This document shows, piece by piece, positions 1 to 13,376 of a DNA stretch of 64,000 nt. Source of the stretch: Carcharhinus amblyrhynchos (Eukaryota); NCBI GenBank assembly GCA_965287045.1, contig OZ336874.1, positions 91,512,001-91,576,000 of the forward strand. The letters run 5' to 3'. Position numbers and translations under genes: made by a program. Under the pieces are notes generated by a model, which was not told the origin of the DNA, searched no databases, and saw only the letters and a program-made list of their open reading frames with translations. Every line of letters begins with the position of its first letter. The first letter of the stretch is position 1.

Positions 1-299
1 GTAGAGATTCACAGCATGTTATTGGAACATGTTTTCTGTTGTATTTCTCCAAAGGATGTATTCTTCTAGGAAATGTTTTGCATATATTGCCAGTATCTCT
101 GCTACAAGCTTGTGTTTGAAGAGAAAAATATTGTCAATCCTGTGTCATCTCTAAACATATACAAATATTTTGTGTGTGTAACTTTGGTGTAATGCTAAAT
201 GACTTAGCTAGGTAAGAAGTACCAAGCTAAACAAATCTCACAAATCTTTTTTTCTCTGAGAGGTTATTTTTGGTCAGAGAAACACCAATACAAGAATCT

Positions 300-473
300 G
301 TTCCCACCTGTGGGATCTTCTGGTCCTACCACCAGCACACTCGTGCCACGAGTTTCCTGGCAGCATAGGGTGCAGTCAATGGGAAATCCCCATTGACAGC
401 AGCGGGACCAGAAGATTCTGCCACCAGTGAGCCTCCTGCCGTGAGAAAGATGCCACAGGGAGGCCAAAATCCC
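300..473. mobile_element. Short MITE-like element (probable PIF/Harbinger family)
   Basis: GGGATCTT...AAGATTC/AAAATCCC inverted ends, similar to elements at 5112, 35905, 43913, 52093 and 56971. Confidence 0.45.
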
Positions 474-1099
474 TCTTTTATATTAAAATTATTTATCTAT
501 GTAGAGCAAGGTGTTTAAAAGAAATACCTGCAGAAAATAAACTGTTTCTGTGCTGCATGCTGATAATTTCACAAGGATGGCTTGAAAACGTCTTGAGGCT
601 TTTAATGATAATCACCATCAGTGTGGGGAAACATAGTTACTCTATATTGTTCAAATCACTCGCATAAAAGCATGGTGGCCCCAGCAACCTTGGACATTCA
701 ATCAAAGCAAATGATCTGTGTAAAGTTTCATCTGAAAGAGAGGTAGGTGGCAAAGACAGGGAAGGGAGAGAGAGGGGCAGCTTTGTATAGAACTGCACTA
801 ATCGGGAGATATGGGAAGAAATGTATAATGATGAGAACCTATTGAATGATCAATTCAAACAGTTTGCAAACCAGATGGTGCCGTTGTTCTTATTGACTTC
901 ATTGAAATGGAGTCACAGAGGATCTTGCAGTTGGCGCAGCTTTATCTAAAATACTGCGTTTATTGATTGTGACACATCGAAAAGGATATATCACATCAGA
1001 TGCATTGCAACAATTGATAAATCCTTATGGATAAACGATGTTATGTTTTATTGCACGCAAAAATTGCCCTCAGCTGAATTGTTTTTTTTGTCCTCGCAG

Positions 1100-1213
1100 A
1101 TATAAATGAATGTGAGTTTGAGCCGTGTAGAAATGGCGGTATTTGTACTGACCTCATTGCAAACTATTCCTGCGAGTGTCCAGGAGAATTCATGGGCAGA
1201 AACTGCCAGTACA
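1100..1213 (+). CDS. EDIL3: EDIL3 internal coding exon, third (Ca-binding-type) EGF-like repeat
   Basis: Acceptor ttttttgtcctcgcag and donor gtaagt. Translates (N/D)[37 protein letters not shown](K), matching the EDIL3 EGF3 sequence I recall ([38 protein letters not shown]). Phase 1/1. Confidence 0.96.
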
Positions 1214-1281
1214 GTAAGTAATGTGTTTTTTTGAATGATTAAAATTACAGCACTCCTGTAAATATTCCAAGAATGGAAAAA

Positions 1282-1585
1282 GTGGCACAGTGGTTAGCAC
1301 TGTTGCCTCACTATGCCCAGGGACCAAGGTTCAATTCCAGCATCTGTGTGGAGTTTGCACGTTCTCCCCATGTTTGCGTGGGTTTCCTCTGGATGCTCCA
1401 GTTTCCTCCCACACTCCAAAGATGGGCAGATTTGGTTGATTGGCGGTGCTAAGTTGACTCAAGTGTCGGGGGATTAGTAGTGTAAGTGTGTGGGGTTACA
1501 GGAATAAGTTACGGGTGGTATGTGGCCGGTACAGACTCGATGTTTTGAGTGGCCTCTTTCTGTATTGTAGGGATTCCGTGGATTT
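1282..1585 (+). mobile_element. V-SINE (HE1-like): tRNA head, V domain, CR1-type tail
   Basis: A box tggcacagtgg, B box ggttcaattcc, V core tgtgtggagtttgcacgttctcccc...gggtttcctc...tttcctcccacactccaaagat. Confidence 0.9.
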
Positions 1586-2329
1586 TATGAGCAATATGAC
1601 TTCAATAGGATGCCCTAGAGAGTCAAGACCAGATGTTGCATTTTGGTCAAGCAGACTGAGGAAGGCAGCAGTTAGTTTAATTGGACCAAGAAGCAGGATG
1701 TGGGAAGGAATAAGCAGGTTGATAGTGGATAGGCAGATATGTGGAGAGGGAAAAGGGAATGGAAGGAAAGGGAGAGTAAACGAAGAGGACAGAGAGTGAG
1801 GAAGGGATAAGAAGACAGGTAAAAAATTGGAAGGGTTATGAGGAGGCAAAAGGAGGGGAAGGAGCAGGTCGATGAAGGAAAGAGATAGGGAAAGAGGGAG
1901 AGTAGGAAGATGTGGAAGGAAGAATAGAGACATAATTGGCTCCAATTAGCTAAGTGATGGCTCAATGGAGGAGGGCATTAGCAGCTATCTCAAGTGAGCT
2001 GTGTAGGCTTTGGTGACCAAGTTGATGGTTAGTTTGGTGGGGTTGTATGGTTAGTGACAGTCACTTTGTTGGCTCCAACTCTCCAGGTGCTTCTCATTTT
2101 AGGGAACAACAGAGGTTCACGTTAGCTGTTCCATCTCAAAATATTGTGATTTAAGATTCCCCTTTGCTCTTAGCTCATAATTCAGGCAATAGCTTATAAT
2201 GATATTTTTCTCCATGGATTTTTGAGACTCATTATTTTAAATTGGTCTCAGCACTGTCTACAAATTTCATGCCTTTATATTTCTAGTACCCAGCGAAAAT
2301 AAGCTCTTGTCAACACACAGCAAATGAAT

Positions 2330-2790
2330 TGAGATGGGGCAAAGTCGGGTGATATATTTTTAGCTGATGTCATCAAGGGGCAGCAGGCAGATGAAAAATA
2401 GGGTGGGGAGGCAGATATAAATCCTTGAGGGACACTAAATGTTATGCTGTGGGAGCAGGAAGAGAAGCCATTGCAAGTGATACTCTGGTTACAAGTAAAC
2501 AGATAATAATGGAGTGAGGTGAGAACAGTCCCACCCAGCTAGTGAGTGATGGACAGACATTGGAGGGTGATGGAAAGCTCAGCCACGTCAAAGGGTGCAG
2601 ACTGGTTGAGAAGGACGAGGACAGAAAGTTTACCTTTGTCACACTCACATCGGATGCCATTTGTAATTTTGATAAGTGGTGTTTTAGGAAGGTGACAGAG
2701 ACAGAAACCTGATTGGAGGGATTGAAACATGAAGCCAAACGTTCATCTGGGTGTGGATGAGCATTTTGGTCTGCAAATGGCCACACCTAG
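2330..2790 (-). mobile_element. Old L2-like LINE reverse-transcriptase fragment
   Basis: The - strand has degenerate LLNQSAPFD and GVPQG-like motifs. A further piece at 3340-3480 reads ANIINVCLSQGVVPLSFK. Confidence 0.6.
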
Positions 2791-3001
2791 GATTTATTTG
2801 AAGGAAATCTGATTTTCCTCCACAGTCACATTGTGCAAGTTGAGAACGCCTAGTGTATAAAATATAAACCTGTCCCTCTGAGGTTGGGTTCGCCATTTAA
2901 TACACTATTTTTATCTAATGGTGCAGAACTTCGGAAGCTCATTAAAAGCATGCCCGGTTTGTGAAGAAAATGGAAAGCCTGCTCAGGAGATGGGGACATA
3001 A

Positions 3002-3350
3002 GGGTGCATTGTTGGCAGAGTTGTTTACACTGCTGCCTCACAGTGCAAGGAACCCATGTTCAATTCTGGCCTTGAGTGACTGACTGTCTGTGTGGAGTTT
3101 GCACATTCTCCCCGTGTCTGCTTGGATTTCCTCCAGGTGCTTCGGTTTCCTCCCACAGTCCAAAGAGGTGCATGCTAGGTGGATTGGTCACGCTAAATTG
3201 CCCCTTAATGTCCGAAGATGTGTAGGATGGTGGATTTGCTCTGGTAAATAAATAAAGCTTATTTATTAGTTACAAGTAAGGCTTACATTAACACTGCAAT
3301 GAAGTTACTGTGAAATTCCCCTGTGTGGGCTTACAGGGATAGGGTGGCAG
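3002..3350 (+). mobile_element. V-SINE interrupted by an antisense 3' tail fragment (about 3255-3322) of the alternative-tail SINE
   Basis: Head and V core are present. The inserted tttattagttacaagtaaggcttacattaacactgcaatgaagttactgtgaaattcccct matches 31178-31240. Confidence 0.8.
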
Positions 3351-3519
3351 AGAGCGATAAACAGATTTAAAGGATAGAGGAACAACTCCCTGAGAGAGAC
3401 AAACGTTAATGATATTAGCTAACTTAGAGGCTAGGAGAGAAGTTGGGTATGGGAATAGGATTGAGGAAACAGGAAGATGCACTTCGAAAGGGCAGGAGGG
3501 GAGATAGGATCGAGTCAGT

Positions 3520-5505
3520 TATGGCAAACAGACTATCTGGCCCATTGAGTTTATGCTGGCTCTCAAAGGAGCAATCTAGTCAATCTCACTCATCCATTTT
3601 ATTCCCATTGTCCTGCAAGTTTATTTATTTCAAATGCCCATCCAATTTTCTTGATGGTTCATGCTTTCACTCCCATAATGGGCATTCACTGTGTGAAAAG
3701 GTTATTTCTCAGAGTTCCCTTGAATTACCTGTCCAGTAGCTTTAATCTGTACCCCTCTCATCTTGCACCATCAGCTAATGGAAAAGATTTTTTCTTGTCT
3801 TCCTTATCTGAACCTGTCATAAGCTTGTACGTCTCGACAAAATCTCTCCTCAATCACCTTTGCTCCAAGGAAAACAACTTTTCTAACCTAACCTGAGAAG
3901 CTCCATTTTTGGAACCATTCTGGTAAACCACCTCTGCACCCTGTCCAGGACCCTTGCATCCTGCCTAAAGTGTGGTGACCAGAAATAGATGCAATGTTGT
4001 TGAACTGTAAACCATAGAAATGTTATGCTGTAGAAAGAGGCTGTTCAACCCTTCTTTTCGTGCAAACCAAAAAAGAGGTAAAAGAAACTAGTCACTTATT
4101 TTTATTCCACTTTCCAGTAACTGATCTGTATTCTTGAAGGTTACAGCACTTCAAATGCAAATCCAAATACCCTTTAAATGTATTTCAGCCTCAACCACTA
4201 ACTTAAGCAGCGAATTCCAGACACCCACCACTCTGTTAAAAAGAGTTCCCTCATGTTCTCTCTAATTCTTTTACTAGTCAGCTTAAATTCATGCCCCTTG
4301 ATAACTTTCAGCTAGGGGAAAATGTGTTTCCTATCTACCCTATCTAAGTGCCTCAATTTTGTACACCTTAATTAGATCACCCCTCAGTTTCCTTTGTCCT
4401 AAGGAAAATAACCCTAGTTTATCCAATCCCTCTTCATTGCTGCAATTTTCAAGTCCTGGCAACATTTTTGTAAATCTCTGCACTCTCTCCAGAGCAGATA
4501 TGTCCTTCCTGCAATGTGGTGATCAGAACTGTACACGAAATTCCACATGTGGCCTAACCATTACATTGTTGATTTTGTATTCAATACCACACTGAATAAA
4601 GTAAAGTATTCATATGCTTTCAGACTTTATTCCTTAATTTTGTTGATCAGCTTTTTAATGAAACAATTGTGAACTTTTTGTGAAACAGTTTATTAAAATT
4701 CATCATGACATCATCCACCACATTTCCTTCATCAACCGTTTCTGTTACTTCATTATAACTTTGTTGGATTGGTCACGTATAATCTGCCTTTTACAAATCC
4801 ATTCTCCTTAATTAACTCAAATCTCTCCAAGTGCCTGTCAAATTTTTCTCTGATTATTATTTTTAAAAGCAATTGATGTTAAACTAACTGGCCTGCAGAT
4901 GCTAAGCATGTCCTTGCATCCTTTCTTGATTAAGGTTATCGCATTTGCCACTCTCCAAATATTTAGTACCTACCGCACCCCTTTACCCCCCCGCATATCA
5001 GTGGAAGAATGGTGAATTATGGCAAAACATTCTGTTATCTCCACCCCACTTCCCTTAGCAACTTGTGATGCAAGCCATTTGGGCTAGGTGACTTATCTAC
5101 ACTAAGCATTGTGGGTAGGATTTTACAGCCTTCGTTGAGCAAGGCCAGAAACTCCTGCTCAAGGTCAACAGATATTTCCGTTGTTCCCCCCCACCTCCAC
5201 TCGTTTGAATTCCAGAATATGTGGGTGGGGCAATAGAATTCCAGCGAGCCAGTCTTTCCAATATTTCTTCCTTTTCATTTTACACCCTGTTTATTTCTCC
5301 TATTATCTCAGTTTCTATTGACATTTTATCCATTTCCTCTTCCTTAGTAAACAACAATACAAAGTTGTCATTGGGTATTTTAGCTTTACACTGCCACTCA
5401 AAATGTATAGCATCATCACAAACCCAAATAGGAGCCACTTTACCTCTTACTAGCCACTTACTGTTTATATGCTGGTAGAAAACTTTTGGGTTCCTTTTCA
5501 TTTTC
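3520..5505 (-). mobile_element. Cluster of degraded CR1 ORF2 fragments
   Basis: Reverse complements of typical CR1 motifs (ggtgaccagaa, ttgctccaaggaaaacaac). ORF 5280-5549 reads KRNPKVFYQHINSK. Confidence 0.75.
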
Positions 5506-5509
5506 TTTA

Positions 5510-6185
5510 ATTCATTGATGGGACATGAGCGTTGCTGGCTGGTCAGCATTTATTGCCCATCCCTAGTTGTCCTTGAGAAGGTGATGATGAGCTGAATTCT
5601 TGAATCACAGCAGTCCATGTGCTGTGGATGACCCACAATGCTGTTAGGGAGGGAATTCCTGAATTTTGACCCAGCAACTGCGAAGGAAAGCGATGTGTTT
5701 CCAAGACAAGCTGATGAGTGGCTTGGAGGGGAACTTGCAGGTGTTGGTGTTCCCATGTATCTGCTGCCCTTGTTCTTCTGGATAGAAGTGGTTGTGGGTT
5801 TGGAAGGTGCTGTCTAAGGATCTTTGGTGAATTGCTGCAGTGCATCTTGTAGATAGTACACACTGCTGCTACTGAGCGTCAGTGGTAGAGGGAGTGAATG
5901 TTTGTAGATGTGGTGTCAGTCAAGTGGACTGCTTTATCCTGGATGGTGTCAAGTTTCTTGAGTGTTGTTGGAGTTGCACCCATACAAGCAAGTGGGGAGT
6001 ATTCCATCACACTCCTGACTTATGCCTTGTAGGTGGTGGACAAGCTTTGGGGAGTCAGAAGGTGAGTTACTCGCTGCAGTATTCCCAGCCTCTGTATTTA
6101 AGTGGTGAGTCCAGTTTAGTTTCTGGTCAACCTCAAGGGTGTAGACAGTTGGGAGATTCGGTGATGGTTACATCATTGAATGTTA
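5510..6185 (-). mobile_element. Second CR1/L2-group LINE family ('family B'), 3' end
   Basis: CTIYKMHCSNSPKILRQHLPNP...AVAGSKFRNSLPN. The same sequence recurs at 7836-8478, 14478-16705, 36897-37630 and 57615-58270. Confidence 0.8.
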
Positions 6186-7908
6186 ATACCATACAAATGT
6201 TAGGAGCGCACACATGTTTTTGAGGTAGAAAAGATACGTATGCATTTGTTCAAATTCCAGCGAATTTAACAAGCAATCTGTTCTTTTAAAAAAATGACAA
6301 ACATTCATAATAAATATTTCAAGTCTGTTTTAATTTAAGAATGGGAGCACAGAAGCAAAGACAAAAGGGATGTTTGGTATTATTTGAAAGCCATATCTAA
6401 TACGCAAAGAACAAATGCATTTAAAACATGGTTAACATATATTAAAATGGTTCAGCATCCAATTCTTTCATTGCTTAAAGAAAAAATAGCGTAATTTTCC
6501 ATTTAGAGTGAAAAATAACTCTACCCTGCACTTCTCAATCTGTAAGGAGCAGTAAACATTCGTCAGTACAAATTGGTGATTTTCTGCACTTGTTTACATT
6601 CAATGCCATTCATTCTAATTTGCCGCTGTAATCATTCATCATCCTCATCTGTCCACTGGAACAGATTCTACAATTTACCTGCTAGGAATCTTAATCTTTA
6701 ATGAGCCTGGATCAGATTTGTTGCTTTTGAATGTCATGCTTGCTTTCGGTCCAGACCGATCATGGACAGAAGTGTGACCTTGACATTTATCCACACAATA
6801 TACATGTGAGGCAGGGAGGATGGTGCATTTAAAGAACGCATCCACAACATGTCATTCAAACATTGTTTAATACCCACAGATTTTATATTGTCAAATGTAA
6901 GCAATGTGGGCACTTGAGACTGGCACAGTGCAATTAGGAACCCCATTTAAAACATTGTGTGTGTTTTCCATGAGTCAGGAATTCCAGCAGTGAAACTGAG
7001 GTGTTTGTCTGCACCCTTTGCAGGCCAGAAGGGGAAGAAATGCTCACCACCCTCCTCTCAATGAAGCCTTTTGTTTCATCGGTGCTGGCAATTAGTCCCC
7101 TGCAACACCAATATCCAACTCTGTCCCACTGCCAAGATGGCCAATCTCTTTCTCTGTTCCCCATTCCCATACCCAAAGTCTTATCACCACAAAGTGTCAG
7201 GAGCTGACCCTCAAGGATGCCCAGCCACGGCCCTCTGTCACTGCTTTGTGCATCCAGCAACCAGTTAGATTGTCACATTAGCTGGTCGCAGGACGGAAAT
7301 AATTTCAAATAAATGGTAAAGAGGACCTGCTGTTAATTTCAAGAAGACCTCTGCAGGCCCATATTTATTCAGTCAGTCTTCAGTCATTTTACCCTCCTCA
7401 GAAATACCATTGCTTGGCTTTGAATAGAGCAACACTGAGAATTGAGCATTACTGACTGTAAGATCCAATGAGAGAGAGAAAACAGAAGAAAAAGAGGAGA
7501 AAGTTCATAAACAATTGCAGTATTAGAACAAATGGGTGATTATGTAAGTGACATTCAGGCCCACCAAACAGGCTCAGTGAAGAATAAGAATGGGCAGAAT
7601 GTGAATCAGGCATCAGAATCAAAGTCGCCTATTCCAGCCAGATGGGTTTGGTTCGAATTGAGGTTTGAGCCTTCCAGGATTAAGATGAGAAATGAAGGAC
7701 TGTGACAATATTGGAAGCCCATTGTAGACCATTATAGAAAGTGATAAATTTGTCATTAATTCTGAAAAATTTGCAGAATCGAACTACAAATAATGAAAGA
7801 ATTTAACCATAAAAATGATGAATGGAAAAACATTAATTCATGAGATGTGGGCACCGCTAGTGAGGCCAGCATTTATTGCCCACCCCTAATTGCCCTTGAG
7901 AAGTTGGT

Positions 7909-8250
7909 GATTTGATTTATTATTTTCACATGTATTAGTATAGTGAAAAGTATTGTTTCTAGCACGCTATACAGATAAAGCATACCGCTTATAGAGAAGG
8001 AAAACAGAGAGTGCAGAATGAAGTTTTACAGGCCTAGCTAGGGTGTAGAGAAAGATCAACTTAGTACGAGGTAGGTCCATTCGAAAGTCTGATGGCAGCA
8101 GTGAAGAAGCTGTTCTTGAGCAGGTTGGTACATGATCTCAGACTTTTGTATCTTTTTCCTGATGGAAGAAGGTGGAAAGGAGTATGCCCGAGGTGTGTGG
8201 GGTCCTTAATTATGCTGGCTGCTTTTCCGAGGCAGCGGGAAGTGTAGACA
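7909..8250 (-). mobile_element. Rex1/Babar-type LINE 3' end inserted in a family-B LINE
   Basis: gatttgatttattatt tail. The host LINE sequence is split at ggtg and resumes at 8251 (ggtgagctgccttcttg). Confidence 0.75.
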
Positions 8251-8499
8251 GGTGAGCTGCCTTCTTGAACTGCTGCAGTCCAGGTGGTGTATGTCCACTC
8301 ACAGTGCTGTTAGGGAGGGAGTTCCAGGATTTTGACCTAGTGAAAATGAAAGAACGACAACATATTCCTAAGTCAGGATCATGAGTGACTCGGAGGGGAA
8401 CTTTTAGGTGGTGGTGTTCCGATGCATCTGCTGACTTTGTCCTTCTAGATAGTAGCAGTCATGTATTTGAAAGGTGATTCTGAATAATGGAAAGGAGCA

Positions 8500-9700
8500 A
8501 ATGTCTGACCATTGAACAGAAAGACATTAATCACTTTGGCTTTATAGTCAAACATTCTAAGAGAATGAAGTTGATGGACTGGAATGGAACTACTTTCTGA
8601 TGGAAAGGGAACCTAAACCAAGTTAGCTCTTGGAATATTAAATAGTAGATCTGTGATAAGAAGGTTATATGTGAGCTGGGTATGGTACTAATTAGAGACA
8701 AGAATAGAGGGTTGTTTTAATTCCACAGTTCAGTAGACAAAAAGAGAGATTGGAGCAAATTAGTCTGCTGAATGGGATCTGTGATAAAATTAAACTAGTG
8801 AGTATAGAATGAAAACCAGAGTCAAAACAAAAGCAATGAATTAAAAATGGAAAAGAAAAGAACCAGAAATAATGTGAAGGAAAGGCGATCAACATACAAG
8901 GAGATAAAGACATTTGTAGTCATATAATTAACAAAAGCATTATCGAGACATTGGTCAGAACATGTAGGAATAAAGAACAGCGAAGGCTTAACATTGTTTA
9001 GGTTGTGTATTAACAACAAAGGCTGAAGGGGGTCCTCCTGGACAAGGATATACAGTACAGTCTGACTGATGGAAATATTGAAAGAGTTCATTAAAATTAA
9101 CATTGGTAACTCATCAGGCTCAGATGCCATACACCTCTCAATACTGAGAGAAGTCTGTGAAGTAATAACAGGTACCATCTATAATTTTCCAAAATTGTTT
9201 TGAGAAGGGTATCATATGAAAGGAATAGAAAGTGTCAAAAGCAACTCCACAGTTCAAAAAAGGCAGAGTGATTATTAGAGTAATTATAGACCAGTTAGCC
9301 TCACATGAATAATCTGAAAACTGCTAGCGACTGTAATAAATGGTTGTTTAAAGGTATGAGCTAATCAAGGACTGATGCCGTGGATTTGTAAAGGGCATCT
9401 ACTAAACTGACTAATGCTGGGGATCTCTATAAGTGTCTCTCTTGCATGTAAATGATTTGGGTGTTAAAATTTTGTTAATATGGGATTAAAAGACATGGCA
9501 ATTTGAAAAAGAATGCAGGAAATGTAAAACATCTGAGGAGTGGGATGATATGTTGCAACCAAAATGAATTTGAAGTAGTGCGTTGGGTAAAAGATTAGAC
9601 AATGGAGATATTCCTTAAATGGTAAATTTTCAATGGAGCGTAGGAACAGAGAAATGTGGGAGAAACCTAAAAGGAACAAATGGCATTCTGGACTGTATTT
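8500..9700 (+). mobile_element. Highly degraded CR1 ORF2
   Basis: Remnants of NYRPVSLT (aattatagaccagttagcctcaca), SGSD...LREV and HGFVKG motifs. Confidence 0.6.
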
Positions 9701-10299
9701 ATTAAAGTGTACTGTTCAACAAATCACACACCTCATTCGGATAAACTCTAGTTTTTAAACACCCTTCTCTGGTGCCTTTTTCTTACTTTAGTCAGTCGTC
9801 CACTCCTTTCTGAATTTTGTTTGTGGTGCATGCTACTTCATACTAAAACAGGATTTCAAACTGTTTCAAGCATATTTCAAACAGAGACATAATCATTTAC
9901 TGGCTTATATAACCTTGAACCTGGCCTTTGCCAAATTCTAGAAGCCAGACATTTACATGCAGTTACAATTAACCTCTTATTAACCTCAGGAATTCATATG
10001 CATATTAATTATGAGAATTTGCCTATTTAAATTCCTAACCCAAAGACATAGGATAAGTTAAGATTTATCTGAGTAGTTAGCTATCAGAATCATTTCTCAT
10101 CAGGAATGCCACATGAGATTTATTGATTTCAATTTTCCTCTGCTGTTGTCTTCTTCATTGTCCTCTCGTTAATACGTTCATACAGTAAACAGTTAGGCTT
10201 GTACCACTTCAAACACTCCAGACATGAATTTGGTTTCCACAGTAGTTACACAAGTTTTGCACCCTCCTGGCACTATATAGTCCTCTAGCACTATATGGC

Positions 10300-12246
10300 C
10301 TGTTTGAGAAGGATATTTTGCATGGCTGTCCAATGTGTGTGCTGGAAGCACGTAAAGTAGCTCTCTCTCTTCATCCCACAATCAGGCTGATATGCCTTTG
10401 GACTTCCTTATTTGAATCACGCAGGATCATTGAACAAACATTTGTACCATTCAGCTTAAATCTAAAGCTGCAAGTTGAGCTCACACCAGTTCTGTGTAGA
10501 CAGTAAGGCACGCAACGTGCAGTTAAAGTGTTTTGCAGAAGTTCTACTCCTGCAAAATGTCCAAATATAGTTGAGAGTTTTTTGTGAGGATGGTGCTATG
10601 TGTTTTGAGACTTGACGGAAGTTTCTGTAGAATGCTCAGAGAGAGGACAGAGGAGTGGACAACTTGTCTACACAAAGGCTACAACAGATTTGGGGGCTTT
10701 CGGTGCAATGCCTCTGGAGCTGTAGCACAGCAGGGAGATGGAAGGCTGTGAAGAGGACAAGGATGACATCTTGCCCTCAGCCTCATTCTCCTTGTGACAG
10801 TGACACAGGGTCATATGCCAGATCAGCAAATGTACCCAGCATCTTGGTGAGCATGTCAAGCAATGCTTTTCTGTATACCCATTGCATCAAGATTCTCCTC
10901 TGAGTTCTGCAGCAGAACTCATCTACAACCTTTCTGTCCAGTGAAACAGAGCATCCCCTACCTCTAGCCTGAGTGCAACCCACTTTTGCCTTGTCACACA
11001 CCATGTGCTGATCCTAATTCCTTAATACCCTTCCAGATCCTTGTAGCGCCAGTATCTGAACTGATGGCTGTGAGTGTTAGATCAGTGCTGTGCTCTTTCT
11101 CTGCCCTTTCCTTTGGGAACAGCTGTGGCTCGGCAGGCGGTGATTTCTGTGCATCTGAAAGTTGAAAATCAAAAGGCAAAGGTTAGTGTGAAGGAATGAG
11201 ATTGGAATGGAGTGCAAGAGTTCAATGGTATGCCATCTGTTGATTTCTTTTCATGCCAGATAGCAGGGAGTTGAGAAGCAGGTAAGGCAGGAAGATGCTG
11301 CCAAACCTAGTGATGTCAGTTAACAGAAACTCTATGGCAGCTGGTTCTATGGTGCTGAGATCCATTTCCTTCCTTGCCCCCTCCAGCTCTACTACGTTCC
11401 CTTCTATTGTGCATCACTCTGTGCTTCAAGATGGGGAATGTCAGTGATTGTGCCAGTCTGTGTTTGGGTGATGTCCCTGCCATCATTGAACTGAAGACTT
11501 AGGGATACAGCAGTAGGTGATGTGGCAACATTGGTAGATGTGTGAGGGTGAGCTAGAGAATCAGGATTTAGTCACAAGTACTGAGTGTCAGGGAATGCTG
11601 CTGGCTGAGTGATGCAGATGTATTGATCATTGGAAACAGAAATGAAGGCAAGGTGATGTGGAACATCACATTGCCAGCCTGTGTGCTGGCCCCTTCTCAC
11701 GTTGGAGAGGCTGGACAAGTTGGGTGGTGATTTGTCTCCTAGGCTAATGAGAGGTCTATTGATGAGGCCAACTATGATTTTCCAATTGATTTCTAGGTTC
11801 CCCAGGTGGTGACAGGAAACAGGACAGAGGTCTGAGGCAGCCTCCTGGTGGCAGAGTAGGGGATGCAACTCCTACGACAGACTCAAGGACCTTCTCTGCC
11901 TGCTTGGGTCCAGCAGCAGCTATAGACCATCATGTGGAAAGGTTCACTTTCCACAATAATGCCCGATTGTAAAATCATTATTTTAGTTTAGATTTGAAGA
12001 AGGTTGGAGAGCTGGTGCCTCCATTTTGAAGCACACTCTCCCAGACTAACCTTAAAGGCATTCTGCTGTTGCTGTCAAGCTGGCAAGTCTCCCAATGTCA
12101 CCGCCAACTTCAAGAATTCTGTCTGTCCTCTGGTCACCAATTCAGGGAAAATCACAGATGAGTGACCATTTCCCACATGATGTGGCCCTCTGACACCTCC
12201 CTGAACCTGGTTGCATGATTTGAAAGCCCACAGGAAAATCCTGCCC
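10300..12246. mobile_element. Degenerate PIF/Harbinger DNA transposon with transposase remnant (+) and Myb-like ORF remnant (-)
   Basis: RRIIEQTF at about 10420-10445 (+), HNRRERSRAGGG at about 11375-11415 (-), and a terminal aggaaaatcctgccc at 12232-12246. Confidence 0.55.
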
Positions 12247-12270
12247 AAATTTGTGCCCAAATGGAAAATT

Positions 12271-12580
12271 CATAGAATTCTGCAGTACAGGAGGCTGCCA
12301 TTCGGCCCATCGAGTCTGCACCAATCGCAATCCCACCCAGATCCTACTCTCGCAACCCCACACATTTACCCTTGCTAGCACCTCTGACACTAAAGGGCAA
12401 TTTAGCACAGCCAATTCACCTAACCTGCACATCTTTGGACTGTGGGAGGAAACCAGAGCACCCAGAGGAAACCCACACAAACACAGGAAGAATATGCAAC
12501 CTCCGTACAGACAGTGACCCAAGCCAGGAATCGAACCCGGGTCCCTGGCATTGTGAGGCAGCAGTGCTAACCAGAATGCC
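12271..12580 (-). mobile_element. V-SINE
   Basis: Reverse complement of the full head, V domain and tail. Confidence 0.9.
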
Positions 12581-12647
12581 ATCCCTGGAAATTCACTGGG
12601 AAAGTGGCAATGGATTTTCTTTAACCATGGAGCATGGTCAGAGAAAA

Positions 12648-12950
12648 GTCACAGCGGTTAGCACTGCTGCTTCACAGCACCTGGAAACTGGGTTTGATTC
12701 TAGCCTTGGGGGACTGTCTGGAATTTGCACATTCTCCCAGTGTCTGTGTTGCTTTCCTCTGGGTACTCCGGCTTCCTCAGTCCAAAGATGTGCAGGTTAG
12801 TTGGATTGGCTATGCTAAATTGCCACTTAGTGTCAGGGGCATTAAGAGGGTAAATACATGGGGTTGGGAATAGGGCCTGGAAGGGATTGTTGTGGGCGCA
12901 GGCTCAATGAGCCAAATGGCCTCCTTCTGTAATGGTAGGGATTCTATAAT
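12648..12950 (+). mobile_element. V-SINE, head-to-head with the previous copy
   Basis: cacagcggttagcactgctgc head, V core and attctat tail. Confidence 0.88.
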
Positions 12951-13194
12951 AAAAAAGTTTATTCATGAATGAACAGCAATGCATAGCTGTACTGTAAATA
13001 CTCAATGCAAATTCTTGCAACAATGTGGCTGAACAGCAGTCAACTGGGTTTCAATTAATAGCTTTGATATAATGGAAGATCTTTAAAATAATCAATTTAG
13101 CTTTACATTACACTAATTTCTTTGTCTCCCTTTTGAACTCATTCTTATCGGTTTGATATTAATAACAATAGCTTTCCTATTTTTTTGCCCACAG

Positions 13195-13376
13195 AATGTT
13201 CAGGACCATTAGGAATGGAGGGAGGGATTATATCCAACCAGCAGATATCTGCATCCTCAACACACCGTGCTCTGTTTGGCTTGCAGAAGTGGTACCCATA
13301 CTATGCCAGGCTGAATAAGAAAGGTCTTGTAAACGCTTGGACTGCCGCAGAGAACGACAGATGGCCATGGATTCAG
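13195..13376 (+). CDS. EDIL3: EDIL3 internal coding exon, start of discoidin (F5/8 type C) domain 1
   Basis: Acceptor ttttttgcccacag and donor gtaaca. Translates (K)[60 protein letters not shown]. The split codon A|AA joins the previous exon in frame. Confidence 0.97.

Noticed and set aside
1496-1965. Leu/Pro/Ser-rich ORFs as a membrane protein
   Set aside because: These are low-complexity purine/pyrimidine-skewed sequence, probably decayed LINE, with no splice or homology support.
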